Shown here: positions 1 through 7,588 of the stretch, one piece after another
How the letters are laid out: every line of letters begins with the position of its first letter
How positions within the stretch are numbered: position 1 is the stretch's first letter
From: an uncultured bacterium
Lineage (GTDB): Bacteria > Planctomycetota > J058
Length of the DNA stretch: 48,112 nucleotides
Direction: 5' to 3'
Assembly (NCBI GenBank): GCA_937911525.1
Contig: CALDQK010000927.1
Coordinates: 1 to 48,112 of the forward strand
Notes under the pieces: model-generated
What the model was told of the DNA's origin: nothing
The model's input: only the letters and a program-made list of their open reading frames with translations
The model's database searches: none
Position numbers and translations under genes: made by a program

Positions 1-20
1 TCCCGGCGCCGGTCTACCTC

Positions 21-827
21 ATGGACCGCGCACAGGAGGACGCCAGCAGCCTGGGGATCTCGATCGTCGCTCGCTTCGGTTACTACGAGCCGCCCGCTCG
101 TGAGGGAGAGACGCGGCAGCGCCGCTTCGCGCGGCTCGACGCCCGGCGTGATCTCAAGCGCGGTGACTGGGTCGCAGACCCCGCCGCCAACCCCGTCGGG
201 CTTCACGAGGGGACCCGGGCGCCGAGCGCGCTGACCGAGGAGGCGACCCGCGAGCTGGACCAGATCGTCCAGCGAGAGGGGGCCGCCAAGGCCAAGCTCC
301 GCGCCCTGGCCTTCCTCTCTCGCTACTTCGAGGACGACTCGGTCACCGGCGAGCTCGGCCAGGACGAGCTCGCCGAGGATCGGATCGCTGCTCTCCAAAC
401 GCAGCTCGACGCGCAGGCCAAGGAGCTGAACTCGCTCCGCGTGGTCCTGGAGGGCTACGAGGCTGCCGAGGAGATCCGCCACCAGGACGAGAAGGCCGCC
501 TACCTCGAGGGTCTGCGCCAACAGTCCGCGGCGCTCAACGCCCCGATCGCCGCCGCCGACCTCAACGAAGTGGAGCGGCTCCTCGAAGGCGGCGACCTCA
601 AGACCGCCAAGGTTCTCGGCGAGGCCCTCCTCGCCCGCAGTCGAGCCGAGGGGCAGTCGGCGTTCACTCGCGACGAAACCACTGGGCTCGCAGCAGAGCC
701 CAAGGACCGCAAGAAGGCGTCCGTCGCCGCGCGCGTGAGCATGCTCCGCCGCCGCGGCTGGCGCGTCGAGACCAACCAGGACGGCACCGAGATCGTGCGG
801 GCCGCTCCGCGATCGGCAGGGAGGTAG
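21..827 (+). CDS. phage scaffold-like coiled-coil protein; frame open to window edge, possibly 5'-truncated
   Basis: The protein is Ala/Glu/Leu/Arg-rich with long helical stretches (ALQTQLDAQAKELNSLRVVLEGYEAAEEIRH). The reading frame has no stop from nt 3 onward, so it may continue upstream. It lies two genes upstream of a gpE-type capsid gene, the usual protease/scaffold slot. The function is positional inference. Confidence 0.45.
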   Translation: MDRAQEDASSLGISIVARFGYYEPPAREGETRQRRFARLDARRDLKRGDWVADPAANPVGLHEGTRAPSALTEEATRELDQIVQREGAAKAKLRALAFLSRYFEDDSVTGELGQDELAEDRIAALQTQLDAQAKELNSLRVVLEGYEAAEEIRHQDEKAAYLEGLRQQSAALNAPIAAADLNEVERLLEGGDLKTAKVLGEALLARSRAEGQSAFTRDETTGLAAEPKDRKKASVAARVSMLRRRGWRVETNQDGTEIVRAAPRSAGR

Positions 828-829
828 TC

Positions 830-1522
830 ATGCCCGCAGTCCCAGGCGTCTACAAGCAGGAGCTCGAGGATCGGCGCTACATCCTCACCGAGCAGGGGCT
901 CGTTCGAGGGCGAGCCGTGGTGCTCGACCGAGACGCCCGCAGTCCGATCGCCCCGGAGCACCAGATCGAGCCGGGGACGGCGATCGTCCGCCGGCGCGGC
1001 AGCCGACGCTTCGTTCAGGCGGGCCACCCGGACGGCGAGCACAACCAACCCGCCGCAGTCTCGAGCCTCCAACCCGCGGACCCGGCGTGGGCCAACACGC
1101 TGATCACCGTCTCTCTGGCCGACGGGCTGGGATTCCCTGTGTTGCTGGACGCGAACGCCGTCGACAACGCCGCGGTCCTCGACCAGCTCAACCAGGACCC
1201 GCCCTTCGCCGCCCAGTTCCTGGCCGACGAGGACACCAACGGCATGATCCGCGTCCGAACGCGGGACGCCGGCGCTGGCTGTCGGCTCCATGTGCAGGCT
1301 TCGATCCCGGCCGCCTTTGGCCCCAACGGCTCTGCCGCACACGGGCTCGACGCCGACTACCGACTGACGGACGGCTGGGCCGATCTGCTCGAGCTCGGCG
1401 AGGGGCCGACCCCCTACGTCGTGCCCACCGTCCTCGCTGGGCACTTCGACGAGTCCCAACTCCTCCACCTCACCCCTGAAGCGCGCGTCGTGCTGACCCG
1501 ACGCGGCTCGATCTTCGGCTAG
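830..1522 (+). CDS. hypothetical capsid-module protein (decoration/auxiliary slot)
   Basis: GGGAGG lies 5 nt upstream of the ATG, which starts 3 nt after the previous stop. GC3 is high. The gene sits between the scaffold-like gene and the major capsid gene, as gpD does in lambda. No motif was recognised. Confidence 0.5.
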   Translation: MPAVPGVYKQELEDRRYILTEQGLVRGRAVVLDRDARSPIAPEHQIEPGTAIVRRRGSRRFVQAGHPDGEHNQPAAVSSLQPADPAWANTLITVSLADGLGFPVLLDANAVDNAAVLDQLNQDPPFAAQFLADEDTNGMIRVRTRDAGAGCRLHVQASIPAAFGPNGSAAHGLDADYRLTDGWADLLELGEGPTPYVVPTVLAGHFDESQLLHLTPEARVVLTRRGSIFG

Positions 1523-1530
1523 GAGCCGGC

Positions 1531-2619
1531 ATGACCACGGCCATCGACGACCTGCTCTCGGTCGAGACGCTCACCGGCATGATCCAGACCTTCGCGGACC
1601 AGGCCGAGAATCGCAGCTGCTCCGCGCTCTTCTCCCGCGCGGCCCGCCCCCTCTACCCAGAGGGCGACTCCGCGAGCTGGGACGAAGTCGTCTTCTCACG
1701 TCACCTGGCGCCGGTCTCGGGCCCCGACAGCCCCCACACCCGTGCCAAGCGGCTGGGGCGTAGCAAGCGATCGAGCTCCATGGCCATGGTGAAGGTCTAC
1801 AAGGACCTCCCCTCCAGCCACCTGTTCCTCCAGCGCGCCCCCGGCTCGAACATGGCCGACGCCGAGGCCGTCCTGACCGCTGAGCTCGAGGACCTGGCGA
1901 ACCTGATCGCCAACACCAAGGAGTTCCTCGCTTGCGGCGCGCTCCTCGGGAAGATCGAGGTGAGCCCGCAGACCGTGCCGGGGAGCGACATCAACTTCAC
2001 GGTCGACTTCGGGAACAACAAGGCCGACGCACAGCAGGCGTGGAACGACCCCGCCGCTGAGATCCGCTCGAAGGAGATGCTGCGGATCAAGCAGCTCTTC
2101 AAGGACCAGTCGGGCATGCGGGCGGCGATCGGGATCACCGAGCCGACCGTCGAGGGCTACCTCGTCCAGAACGTGGAGATCCGCGAGTTCGCAAAGCAGC
2201 CCTTGGGCGCGGTGATTCTCCGCAACCTCAACCTGAGCGGCGTGAACCCGCAGTGGGAGATTCTGGCGGGCCTGAGCTGGCAGTTCACCGACGGGACCTA
2301 CAAGCCCGAGAACGCGGACGTCCAGCGCTACTTCCCCAACGACCACGTCGTCGTCCTCCCCGGGGAGAACCGGCTGCCCCAGGTCCTCGGCTGGGCGGAA
2401 GGGAAGGTCCACGTCCCGGCGGGACCGCTGGCGGCTGGTGCCCAGTCGGCCCTGAGCCTGATCCAGGAGCTGCGGGGCACCTACGCCTACGCCGAGGTCC
2501 GCACCGACCCCGTGGGGATCCGCGTCTACGCGGGCTGGTATGGCCTCCCCGTCGTCCTCAACCCCAACGCCGTCCTGACCTACCGAGTCGTCCCGCAGGC
2601 CGTCACCCCCGCCCCCTAA
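1531..2619 (+). CDS. major capsid protein, lambda gpE family (Phage_cap_E-like)
   Basis: The 362-aa protein has the size and C-terminal layout of lambda gpE. Compare YFPNDHVVVLPGENR..GWAEG and YAEVRTDPVGIRVYAGWYGLPVVLNPNAVLTYRV here with FLPDNTMVLGNTQARGLRTYGCI and YPKNWVTTGDPAREFTMIQSAPLMLLADPDEFVSVQL in gpE. An AGGAG RBS precedes the start. Confidence 0.75.
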   Translation: MTTAIDDLLSVETLTGMIQTFADQAENRSCSALFSRAARPLYPEGDSASWDEVVFSRHLAPVSGPDSPHTRAKRLGRSKRSSSMAMVKVYKDLPSSHLFLQRAPGSNMADAEAVLTAELEDLANLIANTKEFLACGALLGKIEVSPQTVPGSDINFTVDFGNNKADAQQAWNDPAAEIRSKEMLRIKQLFKDQSGMRAAIGITEPTVEGYLVQNVEIREFAKQPLGAVILRNLNLSGVNPQWEILAGLSWQFTDGTYKPENADVQRYFPNDHVVVLPGENRLPQVLGWAEGKVHVPAGPLAAGAQSALSLIQELRGTYAYAEVRTDPVGIRVYAGWYGLPVVLNPNAVLTYRVVPQAVTPAP

Positions 2620-2638
2620 CGCCCAAGGAGCGTGAACC

Positions 2639-3067
2639 ATGGCTTTCCAGCGTGGCCACGCGCTGGTGCCCAGCGTGGTGCGCGTGGTCCAACTCACCGG
2701 TGCCCAGGACCTCAAGAACCTGGAAGCGACCGGTGAGCTAAACCTCACCGACCTCCTGGTCACCGCGTCCGACGCGATCTTCGACAGGCTGGTGGCGGAC
2801 GGGCTTACTCCTGGGGCGCTCGCCAACCCCGAGGTCTACGAGCGCGCGGTGGCCTTCCAGTTCCTGGGGATCCTGGCCGCTCAGGGCTACCTCGACGGAC
2901 AGGAGACGGCCCAGTCCGTGGCCGAGCGCCAGTTCGAGCTCTCCGATCGCTACTACGAGCAGGTCCGTCCGCGCGTGCGCGGCGGCGACGCGCCGCGCAC
3001 GGCGACCGAGGCCATGCCCGAGGTCATGAACGTCACGCCGACCCCTCTCCTGGGAGGACGCCCGTGA
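2639..3067 (+). CDS. hypothetical head-completion/connector-slot protein
   Basis: The 142-aa ORF has an AAGGAG RBS and lies immediately downstream of the capsid gene. The function is assigned from position only. Confidence 0.5.
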   Translation: MAFQRGHALVPSVVRVVQLTGAQDLKNLEATGELNLTDLLVTASDAIFDRLVADGLTPGALANPEVYERAVAFQFLGILAAQGYLDGQETAQSVAERQFELSDRYYEQVRPRVRGGDAPRTATEAMPEVMNVTPTPLLGGRP

Positions 3068-4584
3068 TCTTCTCCGTTCGCGCCACGGCCGAGTCCTTCG
3101 CACGCGCGCTGCGCAAGGCCTGCGCACGTCTGCTCCGAGGCCGCGGGCCCCGGGTCCCTCACGACGGGACCCGGGGCCCGCCTCGCACGGAGGTTAGGCG
3201 GAAGGCCCAGCAAGTTGGTGGGGATCTGCTGCTCGTCGTGGCGGTCGCCGTCCTCTGTCAGGCCTGCTCCGCGCCAGAAGTCAGCGTCACGGTCGCGGAC
3301 CCGAAGGTCTACGGCGACGACACGGTCCTGCGACGGCTGGCCGAGCAGCGCGAGCAGCTCCCCGCCCTAGCGCGGGGGATTCGCGCTGGCGACTACCAGG
3401 AGGCCTTCGGCGTCCGACACGAGGAGCGGTCCCGCGCGACCTTCGGCGTCAACCTCGTGGACCCCGACGCCCCGGGGCCGACTCCGCCTCCCGAGCGCCG
3501 CGGGAGGAGGTGGCCGTGGTGGGCCGGAAGCTACACCGTCCCGCCGCTCCTCGTCCCTGGCCTGACGTCCAACCAGCAGCTGCGCCAGCGGGTCGACACC
3601 TCTCAGCAGATCGCGGCCTACGACCTCCTGTTCCAAGGCGACGCCCGCCTCCGCGATCGGCGTAGCCGCGTCGCCTTGATCCGGTTCGACCTCTCCTTCA
3701 ACCGCTACGTCGACCTCGGCGGACGCCGACGTTTCGCGGTCGTCGAGTTCCAGGTCCGTCCAAAGCACAAGGAGACCCCGCAGTTCTCGGTCTACCTGCT
3801 GAGCCCCGCCTACTCGGCCATGGTCAGCCAGGAGGCGGCGGTTCAGCAGTCGGTCAGCGAGTACGCCGCACAGGTGCTCGGCTCCTGGGGCGGGATCGGT
3901 GCCAACGGCAGCTACGGGAGCCGTGAGCGCCTCCGTGAGGAGTTCGAGGCGCTCCTGGAGACGCCGCTACAGTTCGCAGTTCATGACTCGCGGCGCCTCG
4001 AAGGAGGGGGACTCCGCTTCGCTTTTGCCTTCGGCCCACGACGACGCCTGATCGAGCGCGGCCGACTCAACCCGGCGCGATGGTTCGGCTCGGCGTACGA
4101 CCTGGCCTACGAGCTCCAGCCTGGCCCGCGCACCTGCCAAGCGCTCGTTGTGTTCCACGACGTCGCGCCAGACGCCCCGCTGGAGTTGGAGGTTCAGGTT
4201 CGCTCCGACGGCCGTCTCGTGGCCGAGGAGGAGGTCGACGTCGGGCTGGCCCTGCGGCCCTCCCTGGGCACCTTCGCCGTCGCATGCCCCCAGGGCTCGA
4301 GCACGAGACAAACCGCGCGGCTGCGGCTTTCGGCTGGCGTCCCCGGCGACGTCGTCCTTACGTCAGGTGCTGAGGGGCCGACCTTCTCGGCGGAGAGCCA
4401 GGTCTTCGTGGGGCAGCGCCGCGTCGAGCCACGGGACGTCCGGGTTCTTGGGAGAGGTCGGCTCGCGGTGCGCGTCCGTCCCGACCGCGCGCTCCGCCCC
4501 GGGATCTACACGGGCCGAGTCATTACGCCGGATCAACCAGACCTGACCTTCGAGGTGGCCGTCGAGAAGAGAGGAGAGCAATGA
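3064..4584 (+). CDS. membrane-anchored/secreted hypothetical protein in virion module
   Basis: A GTG start overlaps the previous stop (GTGA). A long basic N-terminal region precedes a single hydrophobic helix (LLLVVAVAVLCQACSAPE) and then about 430 aa with no recognised domain. There is no in-frame ATG/GTG/TTG between the hairpin and the helix, so the start is uncertain. Confidence 0.55.
   Translation: MIFSVRATAESFARALRKACARLLRGRGPRVPHDGTRGPPRTEVRRKAQQVGGDLLLVVAVAVLCQACSAPEVSVTVADPKVYGDDTVLRRLAEQREQLPALARGIRAGDYQEAFGVRHEERSRATFGVNLVDPDAPGPTPPPERRGRRWPWWAGSYTVPPLLVPGLTSNQQLRQRVDTSQQIAAYDLLFQGDARLRDRRSRVALIRFDLSFNRYVDLGGRRRFAVVEFQVRPKHKETPQFSVYLLSPAYSAMVSQEAAVQQSVSEYAAQVLGSWGGIGANGSYGSRERLREEFEALLETPLQFAVHDSRRLEGGGLRFAFAFGPRRRLIERGRLNPARWFGSAYDLAYELQPGPRTCQALVVFHDVAPDAPLELEVQVRSDGRLVAEEEVDVGLALRPSLGTFAVACPQGSSTRQTARLRLSAGVPGDVVLTSGAEGPTFSAESQVFVGQRRVEPRDVRVLGRGRLAVRVRPDRALRPGIYTGRVITPDQPDLTFEVAVEKRGEQ
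3143..3181 (+). promoter_or_regulatory. 16-bp perfect GC stem-loop (GCGGGCCCCGGGTCCC / tcacgac / GGGACCCGGGGCCCGC)
   Basis: Read directly: arms 3143-3158 and 3166-3181 are perfectly complementary around a 7-nt loop. It lies about 75 nt after the stop of the 2639-3067 gene and inside the 5' end of the 3064-4584 ORF. There is no T-tract. Confidence 0.6.
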
Positions 4585-5081
4585 GCCGCCTCCTGCCCCT
4601 GCTGCTGCTGGTCCTCGCCGGGTGCCAGCGGCCCTACCCGCTCGACGAGCGCTGGTGCCCGCTGGTGGAGGTCGTCGAGCGGCCCGACCTCTTCGTCTCG
4701 GACACGGTCACGACCACGATCGGGACCCGGATCTACGTCGCGAACCTCGACCTGTGGCTGCAGCGCTACCCGCCGGGCAGCGTCGAGCAGGAGGCGCTGC
4801 TCTCGCACGAGCGCGAGCACTCCATTCGGCAGCTCGAGGCTGGGCTCGGCCCGTGGCTGGCTCGTTACCTCAACGACCGCGATTTCATGTGGCGCGAGGA
4901 GCAGCTCGGCTGGGCCCTCGAACTCCGCCACCTCCGGGACGGTGGGCGCCCCGTCGTCCCGGCTGGCGTCGCGTTCACCCTCAACGGCTACCAGAACCTC
5001 AGCGGGACCATGGTGGGCTACGACGAGGCCCTGGCCTGGGTCGAGGCCGTCCTCTCCGGTTCGTGGAGCCCTGAGTCGTGA
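4581..5081 (+). CDS. lipoprotein with HExxH motif (putative Zn-metallopeptidase-like)
   Basis: The N-terminus MSRLLPLLLLVLAGC is a canonical lipobox (LAGC). An HEREH (HExxH) motif is present in ALLSHEREHSIRQLE. The start overlaps the upstream gene's stop as ATGA. Confidence 0.65.
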   Translation: MSRLLPLLLLVLAGCQRPYPLDERWCPLVEVVERPDLFVSDTVTTTIGTRIYVANLDLWLQRYPPGSVEQEALLSHEREHSIRQLEAGLGPWLARYLNDRDFMWREEQLGWALELRHLRDGGRPVVPAGVAFTLNGYQNLSGTMVGYDEALAWVEAVLSGSWSPES

Positions 5082-5497
5082 GCTTCCACGAGGACCTGAT
5101 CCCCCTGTTCAAGCGCGACCTGGCCGCGGTGCTGGCGGTGGTGCCCGATGCGATCTACGTCGGCGACCAGCCCCAGAAGATCACCCGCCAGGGCCTGGAG
5201 GTGTGGGTCGAGCCAGGCGCCGGGGGCGTCGCCCAGGTGGGCGCCCTCAAGGTCCACCCCTACGTGTTGCACGTCCGCCTGAAGACCCGCCGCGGGCCCA
5301 GCCTGACGGGGGCCGACGAGATCGCCCGGGTGAGGAGCGCGCTCGAGACCCTGCAGGCGCGCTACGACGGCGCCCGTCCCTTTGTCGCCGATCTCCCCCT
5401 CCTGCTGGCGGTCCAGGCCGAGGGCTCCTCGGTAGAGACCGACCCAGAGAGCGGCGCGCTCGACGGCAGCCTCCAGCTCAAGCTCCTGGAGGCCTAG
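5078..5497 (+). CDS. head-tail joining / tail-completion-like protein (DUF3168-like, weak)
   Basis: The 139-aa ORF starts with a GTGA overlap. Its size and pattern (AIYVGDQPQ ... HPYVLHVRLKT ... ADEIARVRSALETL) loosely resemble phage tail-completion proteins. Confidence 0.4.
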   Translation: MSFHEDLIPLFKRDLAAVLAVVPDAIYVGDQPQKITRQGLEVWVEPGAGGVAQVGALKVHPYVLHVRLKTRRGPSLTGADEIARVRSALETLQARYDGARPFVADLPLLLAVQAEGSSVETDPESGALDGSLQLKLLEA

Positions 5498-5498
5498 C

Positions 5499-7034
5499 GT
5501 GGCGGACCTGCGCAAGACTCCTGAGGCCTGGCAGCGCTTCGTCGGGCAGGAGTTGGTGGGGACGTTCCTCTCCGCTCTCCGCGAGCTCCAGGAGCTCGAG
5601 GACCGCTACCGAAAGCAGCGGACCCAGGTGCTGGCGCTGAACAACACCCTCCCCAGCGTGGCGGCGGGGCGACGCGTCACGCTCAAGGGCGTGCGCTTCG
5701 GCGTGAACACGACGCTGGGCGGGCTGATCTTCGCGCGGATCGCGGGCGCCCCGGGCTCGCGCACGGTCTCGCTCTACAAAGCGCCGGGCGCACCAGCCGC
5801 CGCGCTCGTCGCCGAAGGCCAGGGCGCGCCGGGCGCCGACGTCGCCCTCGCCCCGCGGCAGGGCTCAGGCCTCTCGGGGAGTTGGCCACTCCCGGTCGGA
5901 GCACAGGACACCGTCGGCGACACCCTGCAGCTCTTCCCCGTCCTCGACTGGCCGCTGCGCGTCCGGGCGGTGTGGGACGGCAAGAGCGAGAAGGACCTGG
6001 ACTCCCAGGAGGTCTTCCTCGCGGCCCTCAAGGGCGTCGCGCGGCGCATCCAGGGCGCCCGCCAGGTGCTCGCGGAGGCCCTGTTGCGCTTCAGCTCAGG
6101 CCACGGCTCTCGCGGCGCTGAGTTCCTTGAGCTCAGCACCAGCGCCGCGGTGACCGACGCGCGCGTGCGGGACCGCAGCGGCGCGGTCGCTCGGCGACGC
6201 GCGGGCTTCCTGCCTGCGCTCTCGGCCGCCATGGAGGAGGACAGCTTGGCCGGGGAGCAATCCGTGGTCGAGCGGCTTGTCGCCGCCAGCCCCGGCGTCT
6301 TCTCACCCAAGAACCGCGGCCAGGGGCGGCTCGACGCCCACCAGCCCCGCGAGTTCTGCGTGGCTGCCCGCTGGACGTTCCGCTGCGTCCGGGGCGAAGA
6401 CTCGGGACACGGCGGTCGCGAGGAGTTCGCGTGCACCGCGAAGGTCACCGGCGAGGACCGGACGATCCAGTTCAGCGGGGTCCGGGTCGGCCAGTCCTTC
6501 TCGGGGCCGGAGGGAATCGGCCCCTTCGTCCTCGAGCGCGTCTACACCAAGACCAAGGACGACCAGCACGAGCACCTCGCCAGGGCCAAGGAAGCTGCCG
6601 TAACGGGCGAGCGCTCGGGGAACACCGACGGTGGCGTCCTCTACTGGCGGATCGAGCAGCTCGGGAACATCTTCCGCGTCTACTTCTACCGTTCCGCGAA
6701 CCGCGCCCAAGGCGACCTCGTCGCCGAGGCCCAGGCGCCGGGCAGCGGGCTCCCCTTCGTCGCCACCGAGCGGCAGGTCTCCGGCCTGAACGTGGTCTGG
6801 CGGCTGGGGACCCGCCCACAGGACAGGGCCGAGGGCACCCTCGACTGCAACTTCTTCCGCGTCGAGAACCAGGCAGGCGTGCCCGACACCTTCGTCGTAA
6901 CGACCCGGATCCAGAGCGAGGGCCTGATCCAGAAGGTGCTGGTCGAGCAGCTCGGCGGGACGCTCCACGGGAAGCCCGCCGGCCAGGAGACCATCTCCGA
7001 CGACCACCTCCGAGCGGGAGTGCTCTTGCCATGA
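5499..7034 (+). CDS. hypothetical virion structural protein with internal duplication
   Basis: The 511-aa ORF starts at a GTG 2 nt after the previous stop. Two related segments are visible: SLYKAPGAPAAALVAEGQGAPG..SGLSGSWPL and VYFYRSANRAQGDLVAEAQAPGSG..VSGLNVVWRL. No known family was recognised. Confidence 0.6.
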   Translation: MADLRKTPEAWQRFVGQELVGTFLSALRELQELEDRYRKQRTQVLALNNTLPSVAAGRRVTLKGVRFGVNTTLGGLIFARIAGAPGSRTVSLYKAPGAPAAALVAEGQGAPGADVALAPRQGSGLSGSWPLPVGAQDTVGDTLQLFPVLDWPLRVRAVWDGKSEKDLDSQEVFLAALKGVARRIQGARQVLAEALLRFSSGHGSRGAEFLELSTSAAVTDARVRDRSGAVARRRAGFLPALSAAMEEDSLAGEQSVVERLVAASPGVFSPKNRGQGRLDAHQPREFCVAARWTFRCVRGEDSGHGGREEFACTAKVTGEDRTIQFSGVRVGQSFSGPEGIGPFVLERVYTKTKDDQHEHLARAKEAAVTGERSGNTDGGVLYWRIEQLGNIFRVYFYRSANRAQGDLVAEAQAPGSGLPFVATERQVSGLNVVWRLGTRPQDRAEGTLDCNFFRVENQAGVPDTFVVTTRIQSEGLIQKVLVEQLGGTLHGKPAGQETISDDHLRAGVLLP

Positions 7035-7237
7035 CCCAACGCCGAAACGCCGTGTCCCTCCGCGAGCTCGCCTTCGTTCGCGACGTCCTGATCCCACGCG
7101 CCTGGGTCCAAGGCGGGGAGGTCGACGAGCTCGTTCGGCTGCGCGCCCGGATCGACGCGATCTTCGCCGAGGTCGGACAGTCCGCGGCCGAGACCGGCGC
7201 GAGCGGGGAGGCGCCTCGTGCTACTGCAGCGGACTGA
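7031..7237 (+). CDS. small hypothetical protein (68 aa), translationally coupled
   Basis: The ATG at 7031 overlaps the TGA of the upstream gene (ATGA). It is the in-frame tail of ORF-track entry 6431..7237. It encodes MTQRRNAVSLRELAFVRDVLIPRAWVQGGEVDELVRLRARIDAIFAEV... Confidence 0.4.
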   Translation: MTQRRNAVSLRELAFVRDVLIPRAWVQGGEVDELVRLRARIDAIFAEVGQSAAETGASGEAPRATAAD

Positions 7238-7496
7238 GAACCCGGTCGTGAGCGGCGCGAGTCGAGCGCTCCTGGTCGTGACGCTCGAGCAGGCCGTCCT
7301 GTGCCGCGCGCCGCTGGGCGTTGATCCGCTGCTCTCGATCGAAGAGGAGCGCCCCACCTCCGAGGACGCCGAGCGCCAAACCAAGCGCCAGGGCGATCCG
7401 CGCGACCGGCGACCAGGGAGCAGGCGCGAGCGCCCGCGCCCGGCTCCTGCGGTAGTTTCGGCGTCGAGGCCGGCGAGGCCTGATCGTTGCTGGCAT
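7221..7496 (-). CDS. small single-pass membrane protein, antisense to the virion module
   Basis: The ATG is preceded on the minus strand by AGGAGG with a 6-nt spacer (gcAGGAGGcgcccaATG). An Arg-rich N-terminus is followed by one TM helix (IALALGLALGVLGGGALLF) and a polar tail. It occupies the only sizeable gap in the plus-strand gene array. Confidence 0.5.
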   Translation of the reverse strand: MPATIRPRRPRRRNYRRSRARALAPAPWSPVARIALALGLALGVLGGGALLFDREQRINAQRRAAQDGLLERHDQERSTRAAHDRVLSPLQ

Positions 7497-7588
7497 TGGG
7501 CGCCTCCTGCGCTCCCTGGCGACAGCAGGACACTACCTCGACCTGGCGGACACCCCAAGGCCGATCCAGGGGCCCACAGGCGGCGCCT

